A stretch of 64,000 nucleotides of DNA, from the NCBI GenBank assembly GCA_003483855.1, contig DMXP01000006.1, forward strand, positions 24,280-88,279, in the 5' to 3' direction. Position numbers and translations under genes: made by a program. Source of the stretch: Candidatus Yonathbacteria bacterium. GTDB taxonomy: Bacteria > Patescibacteriota > Minisyncoccia > Phycocordibacterales > UBA1550. Within the stretch, counting starts at the first letter, position 1. Each line of letters opens with the position of its first letter. Below, piece by piece: positions 9,028 through 18,841 of this stretch. Below the pieces are notes generated by a model that saw only the letters and a program-made list of their open reading frames with translations, was not told the DNA's origin and did not search any database.

Positions 9028-10002
9028 TTATGCGACTGCGTTCGGAGCTGTGCGACCTTCTAGAACTTCAATAATATTTGTCGCTACCATCTCCGCCATT
9101 TTTGTGCGCGTTTCTTCTGTCGCGGAAGCAAGATGAGGGTTCACAACAACATTCGGCAATGTTAAAAGCTCTTGAGTAACTTTTGGTTCAAATTCAAACA
9201 CATCAAGTCCTGCTCCGCGGATGGTGCCAGCTTTGAGAGCCTGAGCAAGGGCAACCTCGTCCACCACCGGTCCGCGAGATGTATTGATGAGAATTGCGCT
9301 CTTTTTCATAAGCGCAAGACGCTCTGCGTTGATGAGGTGGTGTGTCGACGGAAGAAGTGGCACATGAATACTCACAACATCTGCCTCCTTTAGAACCTCC
9401 TCGTGCCTAGAAAAATAACCAGCGTTGCATGAAGATTTTAGCGCGTCATTTTCCTTCATATCACAATAAATAACCTTCATGCCGAAGCCCTTGTGCAAAA
9501 TATTTGCCACTTCAAAACCAATGCGTCCTGCACCGATGAGACCGAGAGTTTTCCCTTTGATATCTGTACCGAGAAGTAGCATCGGCTCCCAGCCCACAAA
9601 TTTCCCTTCGCGAATTAATCTATCCCCTTCAGCAATACGAGAAGCAACGGTTAGTAGCAAGGCAACAGTGTGTTCTGCAACTGTGTCAGTGAGCACCTCG
9701 GGAGTGTTGGTTACCGCAATACCGCACTCGTGAGCCTTTGCTACATCTATATTATTATACCCTACCGCGTAATTCGCAATTATTTTTACAGATTCTGGCA
9801 TTGCGGAAATCATATCTGTGTCGATAGCGTCGGTAAGGAGCGATGCGACAGCGTCATACTCTTTTCCAGCAAGTACCTCCTTCAATTCATCACGCGTGAG
9901 CACTCCGTCTTTTTCGCTCACAGTCACTTCGTATCCTTTCTCTCTAAGCATCTCCTCCGCGCGCGCCGGAATGCGACGCGTCATAAATATCTTTTTTGTC
10001 AT
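9028..10002 (-). CDS. D-2-hydroxyacid dehydrogenase (glyoxylate reductase/D-glycerate dehydrogenase)
   Basis: GAGRIG, INTSRG, DVFEFEP, PHLASAT; start revised to MTKKIF. Confidence 0.93.
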   Translation of the reverse strand: MTKKIFMTRRIPARAEEMLREKGYEVTVSEKDGVLTRDELKEVLAGKEYDAVASLLTDAIDTDMISAMPESVKIIANYAVGYNNIDVAKAHECGIAVTNTPEVLTDTVAEHTVALLLTVASRIAEGDRLIREGKFVGWEPMLLLGTDIKGKTLGLIGAGRIGFEVANILHKGFGMKVIYCDMKENDALKSSCNAGYFSRHEEVLKEADVVSIHVPLLPSTHHLINAERLALMKKSAILINTSRGPVVDEVALAQALKAGTIRGAGLDVFEFEPKVTQELLTLPNVVVNPHLASATEETRTKMAEMVATNIIEVLEGRTAPNAVA

Positions 10003-10192
10003 ATGTACTAGTATTGTATCACGCTGACACATTGATGCACACTCTTGCGGGTTTACGTAAAATTTGGTATGGTTTGAAAATCAACACCCAGCCCCTTCTC
10101 TTTTTTGTTAGTGTTAAATTATAACACGCGAGACCAATCTCACAGAGCAGTCCATAACAAATATAGAATGAAGAAGCTGGGTTTCTTAAATA

Positions 10193-11434
10193 ATGATTGA
10201 GGTATTTTTCGACAGTATTCTTTATGTTTTCCTTTTTCTCACGCTATACCTTGAGGTGTTTTTTCTCATCACTTTTTTTGAGGAGCGCTTGAAACTCGCC
10301 GTAAAAAGCACGACTGACAAACTTTCGTACTACCCTTCCGTTACTATCATTGTCCCATGCTGGAACGAGGAAAAAACAGTCTCAAAAACAGTGCATTCTA
10401 TTCTTAAACTTAAATATCCAAAAAACAGACTGGAAATTTTTGTCGTGGACGACGGTTCTACCGACAATACATGGAAGGCCGTTCAGGAATTCGCTAACAA
10501 TCCTCAGGTAAAACTTTTCAAAAAAGAAAACGGTGGCAAACACACGGCGGTTAACCTCGGTATTGAAAACTCCACGAGCGAACTCATCGGATGTTTAGAC
10601 GCGGACTCGTTTGTTGAAAAGGACGCCTTGCGCGAAATAGCGACCGCTTTCAACGAGGATACAAAAATGATGGCAGGCATTCCTACAATCATTATTCACG
10701 AACCAAAAACGATCCTCCAAAAAATGCAAAAAACCGAGTACCACAATATCGCGTTTTTTAAACGCATGCTATCGCCTTTAGACGCAATACACGTCACGCC
10801 AGGACCATTTTCTTTTTTCAGAAGAGAAGTTTTTGAAAAAATAGGTCTCTTTAAAAAAGCGCATAATACTGAGGATATGGAGCTCGCGCTTCGCATGCAG
10901 TCAAACCATATGCGTATTAGAAACGTTCATACTGCGCGAGTTTACACAACTGCGCCAGAAAGCCTCCACAAGCTCTACCGTCAGCGACTTCGTTGGGCAT
11001 ATGGCGGAATGAAAAACACATTGGACTATCGCTTTATGCTTTTTCGTCGCGAGTACGGCATTTTGGGAATGATTACGCTTCCGCTTTCCTTATTTGCAGT
11101 TGTAATCTTTTTATACAATTTCAGCTTTGTTGCCTTTCACGCGATTAAAGCAATTGCAGAAAAGGCGACAGAAATCGGCACTGTTGGTTTTCTTTTTGCT
11201 ATCCCAACCACAAACCTTTTTTTCTTTAACACAGAGTTCATGGCAATACTTTCATACATATTCCTCGGGCTGGGATTAGTAATTATGTGGAATGGGGTAA
11301 AGTTGGCTGAGGGGCGTTTTCGCCCAAGTATGGGAATTCTTTACTTCATCGCGCTTTATGGTATTGTAGCGCCAATCTGGTTCACACGCGCCGTTGTGAA
11401 TGTCATATTCTCACGCGCAACTTCATGGCGTTAA
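10193..11434 (+). CDS. Processive GT2 glycosyltransferase (PgaC/IcaA-like)
   Basis: DDGSTD, DAD, TED, QRLRW motif, flanking TM helices. Confidence 0.9.
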   Translation: MIEVFFDSILYVFLFLTLYLEVFFLITFFEERLKLAVKSTTDKLSYYPSVTIIVPCWNEEKTVSKTVHSILKLKYPKNRLEIFVVDDGSTDNTWKAVQEFANNPQVKLFKKENGGKHTAVNLGIENSTSELIGCLDADSFVEKDALREIATAFNEDTKMMAGIPTIIIHEPKTILQKMQKTEYHNIAFFKRMLSPLDAIHVTPGPFSFFRREVFEKIGLFKKAHNTEDMELALRMQSNHMRIRNVHTARVYTTAPESLHKLYRQRLRWAYGGMKNTLDYRFMLFRREYGILGMITLPLSLFAVVIFLYNFSFVAFHAIKAIAEKATEIGTVGFLFAIPTTNLFFFNTEFMAILSYIFLGLGLVIMWNGVKLAEGRFRPSMGILYFIALYGIVAPIWFTRAVVNVIFSRATSWR

Positions 11435-11440
11435 ACCATT

Positions 11441-12160
11441 ATGAAAAACATCCGCGCTCAAATAGAAACTAAAAAATATGTGTTTGCTTTTGTTATTACT
11501 GCAGTTGTGTTTTTCAGCGCGCTTTTAATAAGCAATATTTTTTCACAAAACCGCATCGCGGAAGTTAAATCCATTGAGGACAAAATAGCTATGGACATCC
11601 TTTCTTCAGAAACACAATTTGCCCTTCTGAAAGAGTCATCGTGCAAATCAATAGACCACGGCGGTACAGCGTTTTCTGAAGAACTCGGCATATTGGCGGC
11701 ACGGTTGTCATATATGGAGGAAAAGCATGGTGACAACGACGAGGAGGTTATAGGACTCAAAAAATACTACTCGCTCCTTCAAATCAAGGATTATCTATTA
11801 GTGGAGCAGGTCAGGCAAAAATGCGGAGTAAAACCTCTTACAATTATTTACTTCTATTCAAATCTTGGCGACTGCGAGGACTGCAAGCGTGAGGGGTATG
11901 TTTTGAACAAGCTTCGCGATGAATTCCCAGAGCTTCGCGTGTACTCTTTTGACTACAACCTAGACCTATCCGCGATAAAAACAATGAAGTCAATTCATGG
12001 CATAAAAAACACTCTCCCCGCACTCGTCATTTGGGATGAAAATTACTATGGGTTCAAGAGCGCGGAAGATATTGAAAATATAATCCCACAGCTCAAACGC
12101 ATTCGCGCGGAACGCGAAAAAGAAGAAGCGACAAAGTCTGCAACGAGTTCAAAGAAATAA
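11441..12160 (+). CDS. Membrane-anchored hypothetical protein with C-terminal thioredoxin-like CxxC
   Basis: N-terminal TM, YFYS...CEDC, TLPALVI. Confidence 0.7.
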   Translation: MKNIRAQIETKKYVFAFVITAVVFFSALLISNIFSQNRIAEVKSIEDKIAMDILSSETQFALLKESSCKSIDHGGTAFSEELGILAARLSYMEEKHGDNDEEVIGLKKYYSLLQIKDYLLVEQVRQKCGVKPLTIIYFYSNLGDCEDCKREGYVLNKLRDEFPELRVYSFDYNLDLSAIKTMKSIHGIKNTLPALVIWDENYYGFKSAEDIENIIPQLKRIRAEREKEEATKSATSSKK

Positions 12161-12210
12161 CCGCCAAGCACCATTACTGGTGCTCGACGGTTATTGATTA
12201 GAATGTGTCT

Positions 12211-12612
12211 CTATTCCTCTGGAGCAAAAATGTCGCGCAGTGGCACAGGAACCAAAGGGAGCAAATCTTCCAGCACAAACCACTCACTGCTTTTCGCAAG
12301 TGGTGTAAGGCCGATGCATTTCGGGCATTTAAGCAATGTTTCGCGATCCACAAGACGCCAACTGCCGAGAGTAGAATCCTCTTTACAGTACTCGCACTGG
12401 AGGACCCCACGCCTCACGACGTCTCCAATCTCCTGTCTGATCCTCACAACTTTTGTGTCGGACGCAAGAGTTTTGCAACAATGCATATCAGAATGATCCG
12501 CTGAAGCGTTTCTGTATGCGATTTCTTTATGAAGTTTAATTGCTAAACCATTTTTTTCATCGCAAATTAGGCCAACTACATCCATCAGTGAAAGTGGCAA
12601 ATTGCTTTTCAT
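12211..12612 (-). CDS. Hypothetical protein with two CxxC pairs (possible Zn ribbon)
   Basis: CEYC...CPKC; start at MKSNLP follows a GGAGA SD-like sequence. Confidence 0.55.
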   Translation of the reverse strand: MKSNLPLSLMDVVGLICDEKNGLAIKLHKEIAYRNASADHSDMHCCKTLASDTKVVRIRQEIGDVVRRGVLQCEYCKEDSTLGSWRLVDRETLLKCPKCIGLTPLAKSSEWFVLEDLLPLVPVPLRDIFAPEE

Positions 12613-12764
12613 ATCGTTCTCCTTTGTTCTTGAATGGGAAATTCCAATGGGGATACTACCACCGCGGAGCAAAAAAAGCAAAAGGTCCGAGAGCACAAGT
12701 CACTGGTGCTAGACGTATTCTTGTTCACAAATCCTCCATACTAAACTGTTCTAAGAACAGCAAA

Positions 12765-12818
12765 AATCACCTATAGCCGTATCTGATACTATAGTATCAG
12801 ATACGGCTATAGGTGATT
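12765..12818. repeat. 54-bp perfect palindrome with no loop
   Basis: aatcacctatagccgtatctgatacta|tagtatcagatacggctataggtgatt. Confidence 0.97.
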
Positions 12819-12831
12819 AAAATAAAAAATA

Positions 12832-12863
12832 AAAAGGTGCCGACACATTGTCGGCACCTTTTT
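12832..12863 (-). terminator. Intrinsic terminator
   Basis: aaaaggtgccgaca-cat-tgtcggcacctttt. Confidence 0.8.
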
Positions 12864-12895
12864 ATTTTAAATATTCCCCATTCCCCATTCTACCA

Positions 12896-13420
12896 CTACG
12901 CTCCCCTCTCAATGAGTTCCATAAACGCAAGAATTTCTCCTGTGTATGTTGGAACAACAGAGTTGTTGTAATGATGAAGAATCTCCGTTGTGGTAGCGCC
13001 CTTGTAGTATTGCTCCGTATTAGGATTCTTACCACCAAGGTTCATGCCAACAGTCTCAATTGCAGAATCATAATTCTTGAACTTAATCTTGCATGACCCC
13101 CAACCAAACGGATTGTTGTAACAATCAAACTTTCCACCCGTAGACTCCTTGATTGCAATTGCCGGGAGCAAACGCCAGTCAAGATTATTTTCCTCCGCTA
13201 CTTTCACAAACTTCGCGCCGTAGCCCTCAAGAGGCATTCCGCGCTTCGCAAAGTAGGCGTCAACCTTCTTTGCGCGGTCATCATTGGCTGATGCATAGAA
13301 CGACTGAGCGATGTTTTTTAGCGAAAAATTAGTATTGAATGTCGCTAACGGCGAGCCACTTGTTGCCAAAAATGGCATAAGCACCAAACCGCGCACAAAT
13401 TGTATTGTTTGTTTTTTCAT
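12896..13420 (-). CDS. Secreted glucosaminidase/lysozyme-like cell-wall hydrolase
   Basis: Signal peptide; LLPAIAIKESTGG...NNPFGWG pattern. Confidence 0.8.
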   Translation of the reverse strand: MKKQTIQFVRGLVLMPFLATSGSPLATFNTNFSLKNIAQSFYASANDDRAKKVDAYFAKRGMPLEGYGAKFVKVAEENNLDWRLLPAIAIKESTGGKFDCYNNPFGWGSCKIKFKNYDSAIETVGMNLGGKNPNTEQYYKGATTTEILHHYNNSVVPTYTGEILAFMELIERGA

Positions 13421-13519
13421 AAAGTGACGGTATGTGCTCCGTCAACACCGTATCTGCGACAGTCCTAACAAAAAAGCACCTAACTAAAGGTGCATTTGAG
13501 CCTGACTGAAGATAAATCA

Positions 13520-13548
13520 AGTGTAGCATATCAGACCGAAAAAGTCAA
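13520..13548 (-). promoter_or_regulatory. sigma70 promoter TTGACT-N17-TACACT (extended TG)
   Basis: Read on the - strand, about 100 nt upstream of the hydrolase ATG. Confidence 0.75.
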
Positions 13549-13791
13549 GGATTTTTGTTGGGTTTTGATGCATTTCTTGAAACAAAATTGCTAAAATAGC
13601 CTTATTTTTCAATGGTTTTTACACAATACGCTTTACGACCTGTCAAACCTGTTTTTTCGTTATTTTTCTGCTTGCCTGCGCAAATTAAGGAGTGCCTTGG
13701 CGCGACTATAATTTGCGCGTGCAAAACACAAGGAGCCCCTAGCGACTATGTGCTTGCCTTTTAAAAAGTAGGAAATTTTACAAGCCCATGG

Positions 13792-16254
13792 CTAGCTCCC
13801 GTGGCACTTTTTGTACTTCTTGCCACTTCCGCACGGACATGGGTCATTCCTGCCGATTTTGTCGGAATGAATTGGCTCTGCGGTTTTCTCAGCCTCTTCC
13901 CCACCGCCTATTTCAATTGCATGCTTCACCACTTCGCGCGCCTTTTCCTCCTCCTTTACGAATGCTCCGGCGCCGATAGCTGGCACAAGGCGGAGAATTT
14001 CATTCTGCACGGATTCTTTCATTTCTCGGAAAAGGCGAAGTCCTTCTTTTTTGTATTCTACAAGGGGGTCACGCTGTCCGTACGCGCGGAGGTTCACAGA
14101 CGATTTCAAATATTCCATCGCGTCTAGGTGTTCCATCCACATCATATCCACGACCTGCAAAATCAAACGCTTCACAGCGTTGTAAAATTCCGCCTCACCA
14201 AGTCCAGCAACTTTTTCCGCAATATTATTTTCAAGAGCAGTGTCTCCAGCGACAATCTCCTCAAGATATGTTTTCGCGGAGTCCGTCCCACCCATTAAAA
14301 TTTCGCGACGCATTCCGTACACATACGCGCGCTGTTTGGTCATCACGTCGTCATACGAAAGCACGTGCTTGCGAGAATCAAAATGAAATCCTTCAATTTT
14401 TTCCTGCGCGGTTTCAAGCGAACGAGAAATCATTTTGTTTTGTATTGCCTCGTCCTCGGGGATGCCAAGCTTGCCCATCATGTTTTTTACCACGTCTGAA
14501 GCGAAGACGCGCATCAAACTGTCCTCCATTGATACGAAAAATTGCGTCTCACCTGGATCGCCTTGGCGTCCCGCGCGACCGCGAAGCTGGTTGTCTATAC
14601 GGCGCGCTTCGTGTCGCTCGGTTCCAAGCACAAAAAGTCCGCCGAGGGATTTTATTTCCTCGTAAAGCTCGGGAGTGCTTGGGTTTCCACCGAGTTTGAT
14701 ATCCACACCGCGACCTGCCATGTTTGTAGCGATGACCACGCTTCCTTTACGACCTGCCTGCGCGATAATTTCGCCCTCGCGTTCGTGGTTTTTTGCGTTC
14801 AAAACCTCGTGTGGCACGCCCTCATTCTTCAAATATTCCGAAAGAAGCTCGTTTTTTTCAATAGACACCGTACCGATGAGCACCGGCTGACCTTTTTCGT
14901 TGAGCTCCTTTACCTTGCGCGCGATTGCCTTGAACTTTCCGTTTTCGGTCTGGAAAATATGGTCCGTGCGGTCTATTCGGGAAACTTTGCGATTTGTAGG
15001 TATTGGAGTTACTTCAAGACCGTACACTTTGTAGAACTCCTCGCTTGATGTTTCGGCGGTTCCGGTCATTCCTGCAAGCTTGCCGTACAGACGAAAGTAA
15101 TTTTGGAATGTTATGGACGCGAAAGTGCGAGATTCTTGCTGGATTTTCACGCCTTCCTTTGCCTCCACCGCTTGATGAAGCCCCTCTGACCAGCGACGCC
15201 CGGGTTGCATGCGTCCTGTAAACTCGTCCACGATAATCACCTCGCCTTCTCGCACCACGTATTCCTTGTCGCGAATAAAAAGCGCCTGCGCGCGAACTGC
15301 GGTTTCCAAATGATGCACGTATTTCACTCCACGCTCTGTGTAAATATTATCAATACCCAAAATTTCTTCAGCTCTGTTGATTCCCTCGTCTGTAAGCTGA
15401 ATAGCTTTTAGTTTTTCATCCACAGTATAGTGCTCTGGAGATTTCAATTTTCCCGCAATGCCAGCAAAAACGGCGTACAAATTTTCCGCATCGCCAGACG
15501 GCGCGGAAATAATGAGCGGTGTACGCGCCTCATCTATTAAAATAGAGTCAATCTCGTCCACGATTGCAAAGTGGTAATCGCGTTGAGCGAGATCGGCGGT
15601 GTTGTACGCGACATTGTCACGAAGATAATCAAAACCGTACTCGTTGTTTGTGCCGTATGTGATGTCCGCGCGATATGCTTCTTGCTTTCCGCATGGACGC
15701 ATAAACTCATGAATGACTTTGAATGACCCAACTTCATCACGCTCCTCATCCTTGTCTTTGTGATTCGGATCGTAGAGATACGACGCGCTATGGTTGAGCA
15801 CCCCCACAGAAAGTCCAAGGAATGAATATATCTGCCCCATCCATGTCGCGTCGCGACGGGAGAGGTAGTCGTTGACCGTGACAACATGCACCCCTTTTCC
15901 TGGGAGCGCGTTTAGATACGCAGGAAGTGTCGCGACAAGAGTTTTTCCTTCGCCAGTCATCATCTCGGCAATTTTCCCCTGATGAAGGGCGATACCTCCC
16001 AAAAGTTGCACATCATAGTGTCGCTGACCAAGTGTTCGGCGAGACGCCTCGCGCACCACGGCAAAAGCCTCTGGGAGGATATCGTCCAAAAGCACGCCTG
16101 ACGCCAAGCGCGAGCGAAATTCCTCTGTTTTTGCGCAGAGCTCCTGGTCGGAGATCGCTTGGAGCGCTGGCTCAAAATCGTTGATTTTCTTCACAAGTGG
16201 CGCGTTTTTACCCGCTGGCCCGCTTCCGGCAAAGATATTTTTCAGAAATGACAT
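13792..16254 (-). CDS. secA: Protein translocase subunit SecA
   Basis: GEGKTL, IVDEIDS, TNMAGRG, SEC-C motif [14 protein letters not shown]. Confidence 0.99.
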   Translation of the reverse strand: MSFLKNIFAGSGPAGKNAPLVKKINDFEPALQAISDQELCAKTEEFRSRLASGVLLDDILPEAFAVVREASRRTLGQRHYDVQLLGGIALHQGKIAEMMTGEGKTLVATLPAYLNALPGKGVHVVTVNDYLSRRDATWMGQIYSFLGLSVGVLNHSASYLYDPNHKDKDEERDEVGSFKVIHEFMRPCGKQEAYRADITYGTNNEYGFDYLRDNVAYNTADLAQRDYHFAIVDEIDSILIDEARTPLIISAPSGDAENLYAVFAGIAGKLKSPEHYTVDEKLKAIQLTDEGINRAEEILGIDNIYTERGVKYVHHLETAVRAQALFIRDKEYVVREGEVIIVDEFTGRMQPGRRWSEGLHQAVEAKEGVKIQQESRTFASITFQNYFRLYGKLAGMTGTAETSSEEFYKVYGLEVTPIPTNRKVSRIDRTDHIFQTENGKFKAIARKVKELNEKGQPVLIGTVSIEKNELLSEYLKNEGVPHEVLNAKNHEREGEIIAQAGRKGSVVIATNMAGRGVDIKLGGNPSTPELYEEIKSLGGLFVLGTERHEARRIDNQLRGRAGRQGDPGETQFFVSMEDSLMRVFASDVVKNMMGKLGIPEDEAIQNKMISRSLETAQEKIEGFHFDSRKHVLSYDDVMTKQRAYVYGMRREILMGGTDSAKTYLEEIVAGDTALENNIAEKVAGLGEAEFYNAVKRLILQVVDMMWMEHLDAMEYLKSSVNLRAYGQRDPLVEYKKEGLRLFREMKESVQNEILRLVPAIGAGAFVKEEEKAREVVKHAIEIGGGEEAEKTAEPIHSDKIGRNDPCPCGSGKKYKKCHGS

Positions 16255-16307
16255 TTAGACACTTTAGCATAAAATCCCCTCCATCTAAAGGGGCGGCTGG
16301 TCGTGGC

Positions 16308-16330
16308 ACTTGGAGGTTGAACCTCCAAGT
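16308..16330. repeat. REP-like palindrome
   Basis: acttggaggtt-g-aacctccaagt. Confidence 0.8.
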
Positions 16331-16361
16331 TGTTTTGGGCAAGATCACCTGCCCCAAAATC

Positions 16362-16398
16362 AAAAATCCCCCCAATTAAAATAATCGGGGGGATTTTT
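16362..16398 (-). terminator. Terminator after the Lys-rich peptide gene
   Basis: aaaatcccccc...ggggggattttt. Confidence 0.75.
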
Positions 16399-16410
16399 GG
16401 GAAGCGCAAT

Positions 16411-16497
16411 TTACTTACGCTTTGCAGTCTTCTTTTTTGCTGCCTTTTTTGCTGTCTTCTTCTTTGCTACTTTCTTAGCCTTTTTCTTTGCTGCCAT
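16411..16497 (-). CDS. 28-aa Lys/Ala-rich histone-H1-like peptide
   Basis: Manual translation MAAKKKAKKVAKKKTAKKAAKKKTAKRK*. Synonymous codon variation (AAG/AAA, GCA/GCT), followed by a terminator. Confidence 0.85.
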   Translation of the reverse strand: MAAKKKAKKVAKKKTAKKAAKKKTAKRK

Positions 16498-16776
16498 TTT
16501 TTTATGTAATGTTTTGAGAAACACGAATGCGTCTCATAACAATGTATGCAAATTATTATCTTCAACAATGTTCGACCTGATGCAAAAATATTTTTCGCAT
16601 CACGTACAATTGTTGGATCATCGTCGTGTGAAATTTCTTTCACACACTGTACAGTGATCTACTAATATTATCTCGCATACAAAATTCATTCGCAATGCAT
16701 TTTGAAATTAAACTGTGGATAACTTTTTTTCTTTTTGTTGAGCTAAAAATTTTCTAAAACATATTTTAGAAAATTT

Positions 16777-17781
16777 TTACATCATCACAACTTCCTCCTC
16801 AAGCATCACTCCTGTTTTTTTCTTGATGTCATTTTTTATTTCGCGCGCTAGCGATAGCATCTCTTCTGCGCTCGCGTTTCCATAGTTCACCAAGATAAGC
16901 GCTTGCTTCTCGTGCACTCCTGCGTCTCCACGACGCGTGCCACGCCATTTGCCTACGTGGTCAATGAGCCATGCGGCGGAAAGCTTATATGTATTATCGC
17001 CCTGATCATATGCCTTTATTTCAGGAAACTCGTTTTTAAGAGAATTGTATTTTTGCGCGCTTACAACTGGATTTTTGAAAAATGAACCTGCGGTGCCTAC
17101 TGGTGGCGCTGGCATTTTTTTCGTTCGTATAGCAACAATCGCTTCGCGTATTTGGCTTAGCGTAGGCTCGCTGATTTCATTATCTTCAAAATATTTTTTT
17201 ACATCCTCGTAGTCCGTGTGTGGTGTGCTGTGTTGCGCGAGCTCAAAAGTAGCGCTCAGAACAATTAAATTTTTATTTTTTTTAAATATGCTTTCGCGGT
17301 AGCCAAACTCGCATTCATCGCGATGAAAAATTTTAATTTCGTTTTTTTTAATATCAAACGCTTCCACGGAAAAAATTGTCTCTTTTGCTTCAACTCCGTA
17401 TGCGCCGATATTTTGAACTACGGCTCCTCCAACCGTGCCTGGAATAATAGAAAGATTTTCAATCCCCCGCAAGTTGCGCGACACAGCATCACGCACAACG
17501 TCGTCCCACATCTCCCCCGCACTCGCGGTAACACGATTATCTTTGTATGCAATTCCCTTGATCTCAATTTTAATTACAAGTCCGGAAAATCCATCGCCCG
17601 AAACGAGAGTGTTTGAACCGCCTCCTAGAATAAATATTTGGAGCGATTTTTCGCGAGCAAAAATTATCGCTTCATTCAAATCATCAACGTCATTGACGCG
17701 CGCAAAAAAACGCGCATTGCCTCCAACACGCATTGTTGTGAATGGCGCAAGTTTTATATTCTCCTCAATATGAATATTCAT
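16777..17781 (-). CDS. murB: UDP-N-acetylenolpyruvoylglucosamine reductase
   Basis: GGGSN, IPGTVGGA..QNIGAYG, AGSFFKNP. Confidence 0.97.
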   Translation of the reverse strand: MNIHIEENIKLAPFTTMRVGGNARFFARVNDVDDLNEAIIFAREKSLQIFILGGGSNTLVSGDGFSGLVIKIEIKGIAYKDNRVTASAGEMWDDVVRDAVSRNLRGIENLSIIPGTVGGAVVQNIGAYGVEAKETIFSVEAFDIKKNEIKIFHRDECEFGYRESIFKKNKNLIVLSATFELAQHSTPHTDYEDVKKYFEDNEISEPTLSQIREAIVAIRTKKMPAPPVGTAGSFFKNPVVSAQKYNSLKNEFPEIKAYDQGDNTYKLSAAWLIDHVGKWRGTRRGDAGVHEKQALILVNYGNASAEEMLSLAREIKNDIKKKTGVMLEEEVVMM

Positions 17782-17806
17782 AAGTTTTGATAACTATAAC
17801 ACAAGC

Positions 17807-18160
17807 AAACCTAGGGCGAGTCGTTTACGACTCGCCCTAGGTTTTCTCCTGTACTCTTTTGGCTAGCGAGTGCGAACTCCAACAAATGTCTAATATGTGA
17901 GTGCTTCGCTAGCCAAAGGAAAACAGGAGTTACTTGTATATTGTATTGTACGAAATCTTAGACAAAAATACCACCCGCCAAAATTCGGAATTAGCAAATT
18001 CTGAATCACCAGATTCACGGCTCGGCCGCAGAATCTTGGACATAAACTTTTATTCAGAAAATTTAATCGGGCAAGCACAAAAAGCCCCGCTTTCGCGGGG
18101 TTTTTTGTAGACTTTCGTTGGATGAATCACAGAGGAAGTTTCCTTCCCAGCACTCACATG
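17807..18160 (-). ncRNA. Candidate structured ncRNA locus (one or two RNAs)
   Basis: Promoter at 18166-18194; hairpins at 18080-18106, 17846-17929 and 17807-17844; long-range complementarity; no convincing ORF. Confidence 0.55.
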
Positions 18161-18165
18161 ACACA

Positions 18166-18194
18166 AGTGTAGCAGAAAACGAATTAAAAGTCAA
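18166..18194 (-). promoter_or_regulatory. sigma70 promoter TTGACT-N17-TACACT
   Basis: Read on the - strand; TG extension before the -10. Confidence 0.75.
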
Positions 18195-18196
18195 AT

Positions 18197-18841
18197 TTAG
18201 ACACCTGATGTCAATTTTACCTGCCTTGTAACTTCCTCAACAACGCTTTTAATGACACCCGTGACATTCTTATTTTTAAAATTATCAGCTATTTCCAGCG
18301 GTATCTTTTGGACTGAATCTACTGCGGACAATGCAACTACCCAGCTCATAATGTCTTGCTCTGGATAAACTTCTTGCCACCACGATATCCATGAACGAAC
18401 ATCTGCCTCTTTTGCAAGGCAAGCAAGGTCAAAGTAGTCTTTATACTCCTCTCTTCCACATACAGCAACAAGTTTCATTACGGTTATATCTTTGATGCCT
18501 GCAAAACGAAAGGAATCCGCTGGTTGTGGCGTTTCCAAAAGCGTGTCAAACCGAGATATGAATGATACTTTCACACCGTCAATCACGCACCACAACGTAT
18601 CCTTTGTTTCAAAAAGAATTTCCACGGTGGTTTTTGAAAAAATTTCAGCTAGCTTGTTTTTTAAAGCAAACGTTTCAATTGGTTTCGCTATAAAATAATC
18701 TAAGTCTACACTTTTGCGATGACCAAGCTGAAGCGCAAGCGCTGTTCCTCCTGCAAGGTAATACTCTGGATCAAGATTTTCAAATACAACACGCGAAACA
18801 GAACGCATTGCCTCAGTAATTGTTTCTTGATGAATGTTCAT
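18197..18841 (-). CDS. AbiEii-family nucleotidyltransferase toxin (type IV TA)
   Basis: YLAGGTALALQLGHRKSVDLDYF; K...R...KDYFDL. Confidence 0.92.
   Translation of the reverse strand: MNIHQETITEAMRSVSRVVFENLDPEYYLAGGTALALQLGHRKSVDLDYFIAKPIETFALKNKLAEIFSKTTVEILFETKDTLWCVIDGVKVSFISRFDTLLETPQPADSFRFAGIKDITVMKLVAVCGREEYKDYFDLACLAKEADVRSWISWWQEVYPEQDIMSWVVALSAVDSVQKIPLEIADNFKNKNVTGVIKSVVEEVTRQVKLTSGV

Noticed and set aside
16397-16657. 86-aa + strand Phe/Ala-rich ORF
   Set aside because: It is the antisense read of the Lys-rich peptide gene.
17890-18078. 62-aa ORF inside the ncRNA candidate
   Set aside because: Non-ATG start, no motif, and it crosses structured sequence right after a terminator.
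17807-18160. Identification as RNase P, tmRNA, SRP or 6S RNA
   Set aside because: Hallmarks (GAGGAAAGUCC, tRNA-like ends with tag ORF, the SRP GGAA/AGCAG loop) were not found; a highly divergent form cannot be excluded.
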